A DNA stretch of 64,000 nucleotides, taken from NCBI GenBank assembly GCA_951406725.2, contig OX597814.1, positions 169,694,001 to 169,758,000 on the forward strand. Direction: 5' to 3'. Every line of letters begins with the position of its first letter. Position 1 is the first letter of the stretch. The translations under genes were made by a program, and so were the position numbers. Below, piece after piece: positions 36,563 through 49,519 of this stretch. Under the pieces are notes generated by a model. The model was not told where the DNA came from, did no database searches, and worked only from the letters and a program-made list of their open reading frames with translations. This stretch comes from Octopus vulgaris (Eukaryota).

Positions 36563-37465
36563 TAATAATAATAATAATAATAATATATTGATCTTAACTG
36601 ATTGGAAGTGTTATCATGTGCATTGTTTTGTCTTGGTATAAAAGATGGACTACAGCAAATATTCTGCTCAATCTCACAGATTTGCTTATCAGTTGTTTGA
36701 CCTTAACCAGTTGAGCATGTCCCTTAGTGGCTGACAATATGTGCATCTCTGATCATGAGCAGAAGTAGTGGGGGAGCATCATAGCCATGTGTTGAGAAGG
36801 ATTCTTTGGGCTTTGAATAATTCACCTCTGGAAACATGGGTGTTTTGTTCAACATCTTTAAACAACCCTTATTCAGGGACCTTTTGAGCAAGATGGGTTA
36901 CTTGATCAGAAGAAAATTCTAACTGGGACCCACCTGCAAGGTCATGTGCTGTTTATCTTGATATGAGATCACCACGTTGTGCGTGTATGGTTGTGATGGA
37001 TGTGCCTAGTGTACCCTTATCAGACGGGTAGTCATGATGGTTATACTAGGCTTCGTATATTTTACCCCAGTGTCACTTTGATGGCATGCACTGCTCTTTC
37101 ACTCAATAATAATAATAATAATAATAATAATCATAATAATTTTTAATGAACCACTAGTGTAATTTGTTTTTTTTTTCTGCTCTTACAACAGGGTTTACAG
37201 TTCTAGAATAGCTTTGTGGTCCTTAGGGATCAAGAGGACTTGCATTCTCATACTCACACTGAACCACTAAGATGATGATGATCAATGTCATGACTGGTGC
37301 TTTCTAACTGTCTCCTTTGTGTTGCATCTCCACAATATTCTGTGATAGCTTGTTGTCTTGTCCCATCTTTAAGCTTAAAGACTAAGCAAGCACTCCAGTA
37401 TTCCTTATTCAAGTTAATGGAACAGTTATCAAGTCATACATCAGTTAGCCCTTTCTTATGACTTA

Positions 37466-37965
37466 TCATCATCATCATCATTATTCGACTGTGGTCGAGA
37501 CAATGGAATTTACCATGCTACGCCAGACTTCATGGTCCATCATAGCATTACAGAGGTCCTGTTGCTGGATGCCTGTATCCCTGGAGATTATATCAGGGTA
37601 GGAGAGTGTGCGCCCTCTGGTATTGCGAGTAGATGGCTTCCAGAGGAGAAGAGTAGAAATTGCCTCGTTTTCATCTCTACAACAATGTCCAGCAAACTGG
37701 ACTCTCCTACCTCTCACAAGAGATGACACAGGTGGTAGTTTCCCATATATTTGCATTTTGGTTGGATGACGCTTCCATGAGAGATTTTGAGCTCTCATAA
37801 GGAGGCGAGTGTAGGTTCTATCCAACCGCCTCTCAAGCTTCTTTGATAATGTCCAGGTTTCTGAGCCATATAGTAGAATTGGTTTGACTGTAGCTTTGAA
37901 GATTTCAAGTTTGAAGTCTCTACTTAGATTTGATGACCAGATCTTATGCATGTCATTACAGGCTA
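37466..37965 (-). mobile_element. RTE-clade LINE 3' end
   Basis: ILLYGSETWTL..RLDRTYTRLL..RRVQFAGHCCR (ORF 37481-37999), followed by a (GAT)n tail. Confidence 0.88.
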
Positions 37966-39337
37966 CCCTTTCATCATCATCATCATCATCGTTTAACATC
38001 CGTTCTCCATGCTAGCATGGGTTGGACGGTTCGACCGGGGATCTGGGAGGCCAGAAGGCTGCACCAGGCTGCAGTCTTATCTGGCAATGTTTCTACAGCT
38101 GGATGCCCTTCCTAACGCCAACCACTCCGTGAGTGTAGTGGGTGCTTTTTACGTGCCACCTGCACAGGTGCCAGGCGAGGCTGGCATCGGCCACGGTCGG
38201 ATTGGTGCATTTTACATGCCACCGGCACAGAAGCCAGTCGAGGCAGCACTGGCTTTGGCCACGATTCGGATGGTGCTTTTTATGTGCCACCGGCACGGAA
38301 GCCAGTCAAGGCGGCGCTTAGAAAATCTTTTCCAGATGATATTTGTAATCAGAAACCATGTTTAGGGGCTTATGACTACTCTTTTGCCAGAATATGATAC
38401 ACATCCCCCATTTCTTAGGATGGGGTGGGGTGGGGAGAATGGAGTCATTTTCCTCCTTGCCATTTTCTGGATGTTTTGACAAAAAAAAAAAATGCTATCT
38501 CTTGTGGAATACCTCTTCTGTATCTGTTTCCTTTCTGGAAGTTGTTTCTTTATTGCTATCAGAAAAAGTGTAATTTTTAATTTTTTAAAGTGTAAATGTC
38601 AGTTAAGACTTCATGTTCAAATGTATTCATTTATTTTTTGTCTCTCTATTCTTTTATCAAACTTCTTGCAGGCATATCAATAGCCATCAAGCTTGTGGCT
38701 ACCCATAAGCAGAAGCCATCTTGCATAGCCAGTAAACAAATGTTTGTACAAATTTAAAAATACAAAAACCTCCTAGGACAAACTTTATATTTCATCTCCA
38801 AGCCAAAAATATACAACAAAGAAAAGCTTCTTTTCATTCAGCAAATGTGGTAAAATCCAGTTCTTCTTCAAATCTGTGTTACAGGCATACCTACATCAAT
38901 AATAATAATGATAATAATGATGATGACGACGATCATCATCATCATCATTGTTTAACGTCCACTTTCCATGCTGGCATGGTTTGGATGGTTTGACTGAGGA
39001 CTGGCGAGCCAGATGGCTGCACCAGGCTCCAATCTCACCTGGCGCAGTTTCTACAGCTTGATGCCCTTCCTAACGTCAACCACTCCAAGAGTGTAGTGGG
39101 TGCTTTTATGTGCCACCGGCATGAGGGCCAGTCAGGTGGTACTGGTGATGGCCATGCTCAAATGGTGTTTTTTATGTGCCAGCTGCACAGGAGCCAGTCC
39201 AGCGGTGATGGTAACGACCTTGAAAACAACAAATTTCCAGCAATTAAAAGAAATCAGAAGCACTGTTCTAAGCAAAAAAGTACAAAGCACATCTGAGAAG
39301 CAATTATATTGTGTACTCAAATCTTCAAGTACTAAAG

Positions 39338-39385
<48 letters not shown>

Positions 39386-39429
39386 GTGATGATGTTGATG
39401 ATGGTGGTGGTGGTGGTGGTGGTCGGTGT

Positions 39430-39750
39430 CGTCAATGAAGAGGAAATTTCAAAGCTTGTGGTCAATGAAGAGAGTAGATGTGATACCAATAGCAATTGGT
39501 GCACTTGGAAGTATCAGCACTCTACTAAACAACATGGCTGAAAAAGATTGGTGCAAATCTGAAGGTAGAACATCTATAAGAATTATCATTGCTTGGAACT
39601 GCACGAATTCTTTGCAGGGTTCTTGAAGCATGGCCAGTAAACAAGTGCCACCTTAGTCTGCTGGCTGTGGACAGCTGATACTTTCCAACATAGCTAGCGA
39701 AATAAGCTGTGAGTTTTCATCACATAATAATAATAATAACAACAACAATA
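39430..39750 (+). mobile_element. R4/Dong-like 3' end
   Basis: LWSMKRVDVIPIAIGALG, frameshifted LLGTARILCRVL, (TAA)n tail. Confidence 0.8.
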
Positions 39751-39778
39751 TTATTTTCTACTCTAGGCACAAGGCCCT

Positions 39779-40420
39779 AAATCGCATCTCTTTAGTGCTT
39801 CTTGTGGGATGTTGTCAGGACCAGTTTGTTTTCTTTCTTTTTTCAAGTTACTTGTAGCTCTTTCTATTTCTTGTTTTGTGAAGTCTCCATCCTCAATTTA
39901 CAAACCATCAATTATCTTTGCTAATTCTTCATTTTCTGTTTCACTGTCAACTTCTGGATCCTTCCCAAATAAGTTGTAGAAGTGAGCGTATCACTTCTTG
40001 ATTCTCTCGTCCTTTAGTTTCCCTTAGATGATTCCCTGCTTTACAGCTTTGGAACCAGTGATGGATGGTTGTTATATGAGGATGCATAGAATGGCACTCA
40101 ATGTCTCCTGGAAGAGTCATACAACAAACACCAACTTATATCAGGTACGACCAAAAGTAACATTGAAGATACAGCATAGAAGGATGAGGCTAGCTGGACA
40201 CCACATCAGACACACCGATGAAATTGCTAACAAGCTAGTGCTCTGGCAACCAAAAGAAGGAAGAACCAAAAGAGGAAGGAGGAAGACAACCTATATCAAC
40301 AACTTGCTGGAGGATACTGGTATGGAGGGGAGTACAGGAGCTGAGGACTGTGATGGAAGATCGGGATGAGTGGGGAAAACTTGTGGAAACAGTCTTGGGG
40401 CATCCTGAGGGCCAACCTAT
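39779..40420. mobile_element. RTE-clade LINE with inverted 5' segment
   Basis: Minus 39779-40027 encodes GDFTKQEIEKA and GPDNIPQEALK. Plus 40046-40420 encodes MDGCYMRM..RRMRLAGHHIRH..LVLWQP..RGR. Confidence 0.75.
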
Positions 40421-40677
40421 ATAAATAAATAGATAGATAGATATTATTATTATTATTATTATTATTACTTTTGAGTGGCGCAGCGCATGCCACCAAAGTG
40501 ACACTGGGGTATAAATATACAAGTCCAGTATACCCACTACACCTGCTCATAATCAGAGATGCACATGTCGTCAACCACTAAGGGACATGCTCAACTGGTT
40601 AAGGTCAAGCAACTGACAAGCAAATCTGTGGTACTGAGTAGAATATTTGCTGTAGTCTGTCTTTTATACCAAGACTA

Positions 40678-40725
<48 letters not shown>

Positions 40726-41011
40726 TTCTACTCTAGGCACAAAGCTCAAAAGTTCTGGGGAGGGGGCTAGTTGATTAGATCCACCCCTGTATTCAACTGG
40801 TACTTAATTTATCGACCCCGAAAGGATGAAAGGCAAAGTCCACTCCAGTGGAATTTGAACTCAAAACGTAAAGACAGACGAAATACTACTAAGCATTTCA
40901 CCCAGCGTGTTCTTTAAAATGCTAAGAATTTCTTCTCCCTCAGTTATCAGAAATAATATCTTATTTAAATATTATTCTATTATTCTTCTATCTTCGAAAT
41001 ACACCTCTGTC

Positions 41012-41045
<34 letters not shown>

Positions 41046-41640
41046 ATGCGCTTTCTCTCTCTATTTTTCTCTCTCCTTCCCTCTCTTTCTCCCTGAAATA
41101 TATTGTTTAAACAATATCTGTTCTCTATTGACCAACTGTTACATATATGCCTGCTTAGAAATGAATTTCTATCTCTGTTCCCCACTTGATCACCTGTTCT
41201 CTCTTTCTCTCTCTTTCTCTCTCTCTCTCGTGTAACGGCTCTTATTTTACATGTGGAATTTGGTATGATCAATTATGGCAACTCACATGAAGATATATTC
41301 CTCATCTCTCAGGGAAGCCAAAATGAGTGGACTCAGTTTAAGCAAAATAACAATAATTATTATACAGAGTAACCCTGAACCTAATGATGGCCTTGAACAG
41401 TCGGTGGTGAAACAACATTAATCACATGACAATTGCTTTTCTAGAATTTCTATAAATTGTTGGAGAATGAAGACAATCCAAAGACATACCATTCAGTTAA
41501 CAATACTTTAATCAAAGAAATATGTTATTTAAACCATGAGTTGGCACCACTACATACATACATACATACATACATACATACATACCATAGATACATACAT
41601 ACACATACATAGATCCATCCATCCATCCATCCATCCATCC

Positions 41641-41685
<45 letters not shown>

Positions 41686-43829
41686 CATCATTACTCTTTA
41701 ACATCTGTATTCTATGCTGGCATGAGTTGGCTGACTGGACAGAATTCAGTGGGGCAGAAAATTGCATCATGCTCCAATGTCTGCTCTGGAATGCTTTCCA
41801 TGGCTGGATACCCTTCCTATTGCCAACCCCTTCACAGACTGTACAGGGTGCTATTTTTTCATGACACTAAATTACTATCATGACAAAGAGAAAGCCCCCT
41901 CCCTCCTTTTCAACTTAATGGGTTTGTGGTAGATAGGTTGGTGGTTTAAAGTTAACAAAAGAAAAATACCAAGGTTCTACTAAGAAGGAAGACAGACAGG
42001 ACACTACACCCTCCAGGAAAGTGGCCCTGGTCGATAGGTAGAAAATGTGTAAATATTGGTTAGAGCAGTGGACTCGCGGTCGAGGGATCGCAGGTTCGAA
42101 TCTCAGACCGGGCAATGTGTGTGTTTACGAGTGAAACACCTAAGCTCCACGCGGCTCTGGCAGAAGGTAATGGCGAACTTCTGCTGACTCTTTTGCCACA
42201 ACATTCTCTCCCTCTTTCCTCCTGCATCTTGCAGATCACCTGTGACAGACCAGTGTCCCATCCAGGTGGGAACCTATACGCCAAGGAAACCGGAGAAACT
42301 GGCCCTTATGAGCTAGGTATGGCTCGGGAAGGAACAAACAAACATACCCCTGACTGAGACAAAACTTGAGACCATGTGGTTGCATAACAAATTTCTTAAC
42401 AACACAGCCATGTAAGTGCTTGTAATGTATTTGTGTTTTACAAAATATTTTATGGGGGAAAAAGAAAACAAATCCTTAAAATCATTGTTAAAGTGTTGTT
42501 TCAAAAAAAATTTTTAAGACTTTAACGATATATTTTAAAACAAATAATCCCTGTAAAGAGAAAACTAAATAACAAAGCATTTTATGAATTTTATTTAAAC
42601 ACTTATGAATGTCAATGGTTTTAAAAGACAATTGAAAAATAACAATTTATAAATATTATTGCACTTCATAAACAACATGAAAAAACAAGAATTAATATCT
42701 AACTTTATTTATAAATTATGTATCTTGAACATTTATAAAACCAAATATACAAAGAACACATATATACACAAGGGAAGGAAAATAAATATTTTATTTTTAA
42801 TGAAACTATCACTGTTATGTCACTGAAGCCAGATACAGTGAAACTTCAATAAATTCTATTCTTAAGGAAGAAGGGTATCTGTTTCAGTTTGCTGTCTGAA
42901 GGCAAGAGTTAATCAATAATGTATACATGCACAGTATGGGAATTATATACTATGTACACTGAATGAGATTAACATTAACACCTTGGCATTTATCAAGCCC
43001 AAATGGTCAACCTATTTTATGTTAAAAAGGCCTGATCCAGCCTTTCACACTTACACTACAATGTCATTCTAAAAATAAGCAATTACATCATTGAAATCTC
43101 AAAGTTATGAGATAATGCATGATTAATTAAAAGCAATCATTATCGTCATTTAACGTCCATTTTCCATGCTGGCATGGGTTGGATGGTTTGACAGGAACTG
43201 GCTAGCTGGGGAACTGTCCAGACTCCAATTGTCTGTTGTGGCATGGTTTCGCTGACTGGATACCCCTTCTAATGCCAACCACTTTACAGAGTGTACTGAA
43301 TGCTTATACGTGCCACCAGCACGAATGAGTTTATGCAACACTAGCAGAGGTACATTTTATGTGGCACTAGCACCTGTAAGGGACAAACCTGTGTGTATGG
43401 ATAACAAACAGGCTTGTCCTTTACAGTTGCTGGTGTCATATAAAATGCACTCATGCCAGTCATACATAAACACACTCAGAGACATTACCTTTGGCAGGGC
43501 TATCTGAATGCTAAAAGGTAAAGGAATTTACAGGAAATACTGTAAACATCATATAACTATATAAAACATATAAATATATTTTAATGAACTTATTTAGCCT
43601 GACTGGCCCCCGTGCTGGTTGCACGTAAAAGCACCCACTATACTCTTGGAGTTGTTGGCATTAGGAAGGGCATCCAGCTGTAGAAACTCTGCCAGATCAA
43701 GATTGGAGCTTGATGTAGCCATCTGGTTTGCCAGCCCTCAGTCAAATCGTCCAACCCATGCTAGCATGGAAAGCTGACGTTAAATGATGATGATGATAAA
43801 AATTAAAAAGTTAATACTATATGCTGTTA

Positions 43830-44690
43830 ATCCTATTCACTTGTGCCACATGAGGATGAGCTTGATGTGGTGGATTTGGTAGTTGAGCTAGAGGCCATGA
43901 CATGTTTTTAGGAGATAGTACAGCTATGGTGCTCTTTATGTCCTGCTTGTAGGAGTCTGAGCTGAACTAAAGAAGATCTGAGTCTGTTGGTGGTCCATCA
44001 ATATCATCAGTGGGTTCCACAGCTGTAATAATGTTGGCATGAACTGACTTGAAGAAAGAATTGAGTTTCAGTTGTTTACTTCTCTGATGCTACTTTTTGA
44101 TAATGATCATTACCATCATCGCCTCACTGGCACCTGTGCCGGTGGCATGTGTAAAAGATTCGAGTGAGGTCATTGCTAGTACCACCTGACTGGCTCCATA
44201 CTGGTGGCACGTAAAAGCACCCACTACACTCTCGGAGTGGTTGGCATTAGTAAGGGCATCCAGCTGTAGAAACTCTGCCAGATCAAGATTGGAACCTGGT
44301 GCAGCCATCTGGTTCGCCAGCTCTCAGTCAAATCGTCCAACCCATGCTAGCATGGAAAGTGGATGTTAAACGATGATGATGATGAAGTTCTGATAGGACT
44401 CTAATATGCTGATAATTTTGTTGAATATCACTTTCTGTTTACAAGCCATAGGATGAAATAATGTTATCAAGAGGTTCTCATATAATAGATAGTTTCGGTC
44501 TCTTGAACAATGTTTCCCTGTTTTTGTCATTCTCAATTACAAGAATTTCATTTGCCATCTCTTTTCCTGTTACCACTTTGATATCCAAATCATCCTTGGT
44601 GAAAATAATAATAGGAATCAAAACGATCAAGGCTTTTGGAGTTTTGTAAGTTTTGTGGTAACCCAAGCATTTGCATCACTTGTGCTCAGG
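43830..44690 (-). mobile_element. Probable Tigger/pogo C-terminal remnant split by SINE A
   Basis: Degenerate frame ending SKQLKLNSFFK, resembling the KQ..I..FF terminus of pogo/Tigger transposases. Confidence 0.35.
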
Positions 44691-44709
44691 AAACAGGTTT
44701 ATTATCTTA

Positions 44710-45103
44710 CTAGCAGTATCGCCCGGCGATGCTCGGGTTTGTAAGGGAAATAACTATATAAGCATTTTTAGAGATGTAAAGTATAATAGCCATCTCAATA
44801 TGGCTAACCACAAAGGGGGTGTTACTGTAGCTTTTTACGTTCTGAGATTTAATAATACATTTTTAGAGAGTTACTTCCCTTATATAATAGCAAAAAAATG
44901 CATTAAAAATGGGGAAAAATGATGGTAATTTTTTTTTTAAATCATAGACTCATCGTAGACGCGCGCTAATACCCAGAAGGGCTCGATAAGAATCACGACT
45001 ATAAGATACCCACTTTTGGTTACACTGCACCACAAAATGTGGGAGTAGTTAGGAATCTAAATCCTAGGAGACAGACACACAACTTCACTTTTATATATAA
45101 AGA
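44710..45103 (-). mobile_element. Non-autonomous Helitron
   Basis: Reverse complement of the 11491-11885 type; A|TC...CTAG|T. Confidence 0.9.
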
Positions 45104-48072
45104 TTACCTACCAATAAGGCAAATATTGCAAGTCAGGTAGATTTTCGTTTTCAAAAAAAATCAGATTAGTTAGGAACACAACCTTGAAAGAGGTGGAATT
45201 AACCAGTAGAGCATTCAAGGGTTCAGAGAGCTGAGGAGGCGCCCTATAAATATTTAATGATACTCTTCTTCAAAAAGCATTCTTTAGGTGTTTCCTTTGT
45301 CCCTTTTACTCAGACATAAATTTTTCTGGTGAAGTGAACATATCATTCTATCTTATGAAGGGGTGAGTGATAATACCAAATGACAGGGTTGTCAGGTATG
45401 TCCAAATCTGATTTATAGAGCTAAAATATTTAGATTTTAATCACATATACAAAACTAAAAATGAACAATTGCATCTCGTTTTAGTTACGTATTTTCAACT
45501 GAAATTTAAATCAATTGGTTTTCCAAAGTTGTCCAAATTATGTTTCGTTTCAGGCTCCCATGCAAATTCAGGTTGAAATTTCAGGTATGAAAAACTCTGT
45601 ATATAAACTATCCTTCATAAAGCTAAAATGACTGGTTCATTGATTATATTTACTTATCTATTTTCATTTCATCGCAAAGCAGAAAAAAGAAAGGACAATA
45701 CATTACAATATAAACTACTGGCATTTCACAAGAGTTATATTAAGGCCAAAATAACCATGATGCTCAAATCAAAAAAAAAGTAGTGTATTTAATTTTCATT
45801 TTAGATTTTTGATTTTTAAAGTACATTTTTTCTGTTTAGAGAAAGGATGATTTTTACGAGCGAAAATTGGCATTTATGACTGAAAAATGAGATTGACTGG
45901 TGACAAATTTTTAGACCAGATTTATGTTATATGAAACATAATCTTATGGACACTCATCAGTTACTCCTTGGATTTATGATATTGAGGCTGGTGTTACTAA
46001 AGCTACAGGAAAAAAAAATTCATTTTACCTAATCAATGTAAGAAATTGCTGAACATTAATAGGTTGGGCTTTTTGTCAAAAAGTTTTTAACATAGGTGTA
46101 GGTGCGGCTGTGTGGTAAGTAGCTTACTTACGAACCACATGGTTCCGGGTTCAGTCCCACTGCATGGCACCTTAGGCAAGTGTCTTCTATTATAGCCTTG
46201 GGCCGACCAAAGCCTTGTGAGTGGATTTGGTAGACGGGAACTGAAAGAAGCCTGTCATATATATGTATATATAAACGGCAGTGCATCAGCATGGCCACCA
46301 CTATGATCTGAAACTACAGCAAAAAAAACCCCCTTTTTTTCATTCATTTCGATGCTCAGCAGTCTAGTGTTTATTATATGATCATCACAGAAGTAGATTA
46401 TTATTACCACCAAGTTCCGCCTGACTGGCACCTGTGCCGGTGACACATAAAAAGCACCATTCGAGCATTGAATTAATCAAGCTTTATCTCATAGTATGGA
46501 GATTTCGATGATGTGATTATTTATTTTTAGAATGATATCATAGTGTATGTGTGAGAGGTCAGATTTGGTTGGCTTAAACATAAGACAAAGCAGAATATAT
46601 GGGCCAGTTATAATGCTGAAGAGTTAAATGATCATGAGTATTTGTAAAACATAGAGAGCATGTATAATAGTAATGCAAGTGCTAACTTTTGAACATATTT
46701 ACCTATTATGGTACCCAAGATACAGAGGTCAAAAATTTGAAATTAAATGTCATGTACAAACAGCATGTCACTGCAATATTTGATTGGTGGATTACCAAAT
46801 TAATCTGAAGCAAGATACAGGAAAGGGACCGTAGTGTGAAAGGTTTAGTTACATCAAATATAATGCATGAGTTTCATATTATTAAACTCACACATTTTAT
46901 TTGATATAACTTAACTTTTAATAAATTTAAGATGGTTTTCAACTTTTTTAACATGATAACACCATTGAGGTAAAAAAGATATTAAAATAAAAATAAATAC
47001 ACCCTTTTAAAGCCTAGCCAGGCTCATGGGCCTGGTTTCCTGGTTTCTATGGCGTATGTGTTCCCCAGCTGGATGGGATGCCAGTCCATTGCAGTGTTAC
47101 TCATTTTTGCCAGCTGAATGGACCGGAGCAACATGAAAGAAATGTTTTGCTCAAGAACACAACGCGTCGCCCGGCCCAGGAATCGAAACCACAATCTTAT
47201 GACCATGATGCTGACACCCTAACCACTAAGTCATGTGCCTCCACAAAAGAGATATTGCATGGATGTAAATGCTAATTGGTTTTTAAATTCTGGATGGGGC
47301 AAAAATTTCATTAATTTTTTGCAGGATCTGGTATTTGTCAAATTGGTTCTAATGGAGTAAACCTAATAAGGACAAAACCTATTTTAAGTTAGCTGGAAAG
47401 AAGTCATGATTCTATCAAGTACATTGCACCCGTTGTAAGATGTTGGTGCACAAAGGATGAATTGAGATCACAGGCAAGATGATAAGAATTTCTATGTAGC
47501 AGATATATAAGAGTAAGCAGTATAAGCATTCATGTTAAAAAATTATTCAAATGCTTGAAAGGCTTCCTAGAAGTTGACAGCTTCTGTTCATAGGTCACCT
47601 AATTATCAATCGAAGTTGGGTCTCCCAAAGGCATAAAAGCCAGAGTATGAACAGGGTAGAAAGCGTTCAGGGAACTATTACATCTGCCTGTAATAAAGGA
47701 GATCTCTTCTGTTTAATGGTTGTGAATGAAGTGCAGCTTTACGCTAACAAAGCAACAGTGCTGAGTGCAGAGGATAAGTGAAGCTTGGAAAGAAAAGAGA
47801 ACAGATATAATCTTTTTTACAATAAAAGTATTAGGCCTGAAATTAAAATTTTTTTTCAAGGGTCTAATCGATTACATTGCACCCAGTACTCAATTGATAC
47901 ATATTTCACTAACCCCCAAAATAGGAAAGGTGAAGTTGTCCTTGGCAGAATTTGAACTCAGAATGTAGAGATGGAAGAAATGCAGTTAAGCCTTTTGTTC
48001 AGTGTGTTAACAATTCTGCTTGCTCACCACCTTGAAGAGAGTGTTAATAAACAATAGTAAGGGTAAAGGTGG

Positions 48073-48855
48073 TGGAGGCACGTGGCTTAGTGGTTAGGGT
48101 GTTAGCATCATGATCGTAAAATTGCGGTTTTGATTCTTGGACCAGGCGACATGTTTTGTTCTTGATCAAAATACTTCATTTCACATTGCTCCAGTCCACT
48201 CAGCTGACAAAAATGAATAACGCTGTGATGGACTGGCATCCCTTCCAGCTGGGGAACACATATGCCATTGAAACTGGGAAACCGGGCCCATGAGTCTAGC
48301 AAGGTTTTAAAAGGGCGCCTTTATTATTTATGTGGAGGCGCAGGCCTTAGTGGTTAGGGTGTCAGCATCATGATCATAAAATTGTGGTTTTGATTCCTGG
48401 ACCAGGCAACGTGTTGTGTTCTTGAGCAAAAGACTTTATTTTACGTTGCTCCAGTCCACTCAGCTGGCAAAAATGAGTAACACTGTGATGGACTGGCGTC
48501 CTGTCCAGCTGGGAAACACATATGCCATAGAAACCGGGAAACCAGGCCCATGAGCCTGGCTAGGCTTTAAAAGGGCACATTTATTTATTTATTAATGGTA
48601 AAGGTAAGGTAAAGTTACTTTCTCAAGTCATACTGACTCAAAAGGTCTGGTTTCCCTGTTTTATGTCATATATATTCCCCGCCTGGATGGGACACAGGTC
48701 TGATGCAGGGTTACTAATTTTTGCCACCTGAGTGAACTGGAGCAATGTGAGATGAAGAATTTGCTCAAGAACACAATGCACCACCTGGTCCAGGAATCGA
48801 AACCACAATCTTACGGTCATGAGTCTAACAGCCCTAACCACTAAGCCACATGCAT
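48073..48855. mobile_element. SINE D cluster: plus-strand tandem dimer and an inverted copy
   Basis: A-box TGGCTTAGTGG and B-box-like GGTTT(C/T)GATTCC. Units at 48073-48325, 48333-48590 and 48625-48855(-). Related copies at 47000-47245(-), 42055-42345, 51880-52210 and 54635-54800. Confidence 0.85.
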
Positions 48856-48953
48856 TGACTAATAAACAATGAAGCACAAATGAGCTGAGAAGAGAACAGA
48901 ATATAAGAGAAATTGACTGAAGCAAGCCAGAGAGGAGACTGCACTGGTTTATA

Positions 48954-49519
48954 TTGGGTTGTCCGGAAAGTTCATGCCAATTTATAGTAGCTTACTTTTC
49001 AACTTATTTTAGAACATGGTTGAGTCCATGAAATAGGATTTGACTACACCTCCATTTAGAGCATGGTTTAGGATATCTTTTCGTGGAAGAAGGTTTATGT
49101 TCCTATAACCTGTGTTAATTCTGTAACCCTTTAAAATGGAAGATAGGAAAGTTCATTTTCGGCACTTGATGCTTTGGGAACAAGACAAAAATTGCTGCAG
49201 CTTGGCTGGGATGTGTAACTCCACCCTCCATATTCACCAGATATTGCTCCTTCGGATTTCCACTTATTCAGGTCTCTGTAGAATAGTCTAAATGGTAAAA
49301 ATTTCAATTCCTTGGATGATATAAAAAGATACCTTGATGAATTCTTTGCCATGAAACTACCTCAATTCTGGGAATTGGGTATTTTCAAGTTAAAGGAAAG
49401 ATGGAGACGCATTGTGCAACAAAATGGTTCATATTTGGTTGATTAAAAATGTAATGGCAAGTATTTATTGACCTTTTTCTTTCCTTTAAAAATCAGCATG
49501 AACTTTCCGGACAATCCAA
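48954..49519 (+). mobile_element. Internally deleted mariner
   Basis: TA|TTGGGTTGTCCGGAAAGTTCATGC TIRs; HPPYSPDIAPSDFHLFRSL motif at about 49222-49280. Confidence 0.92.
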
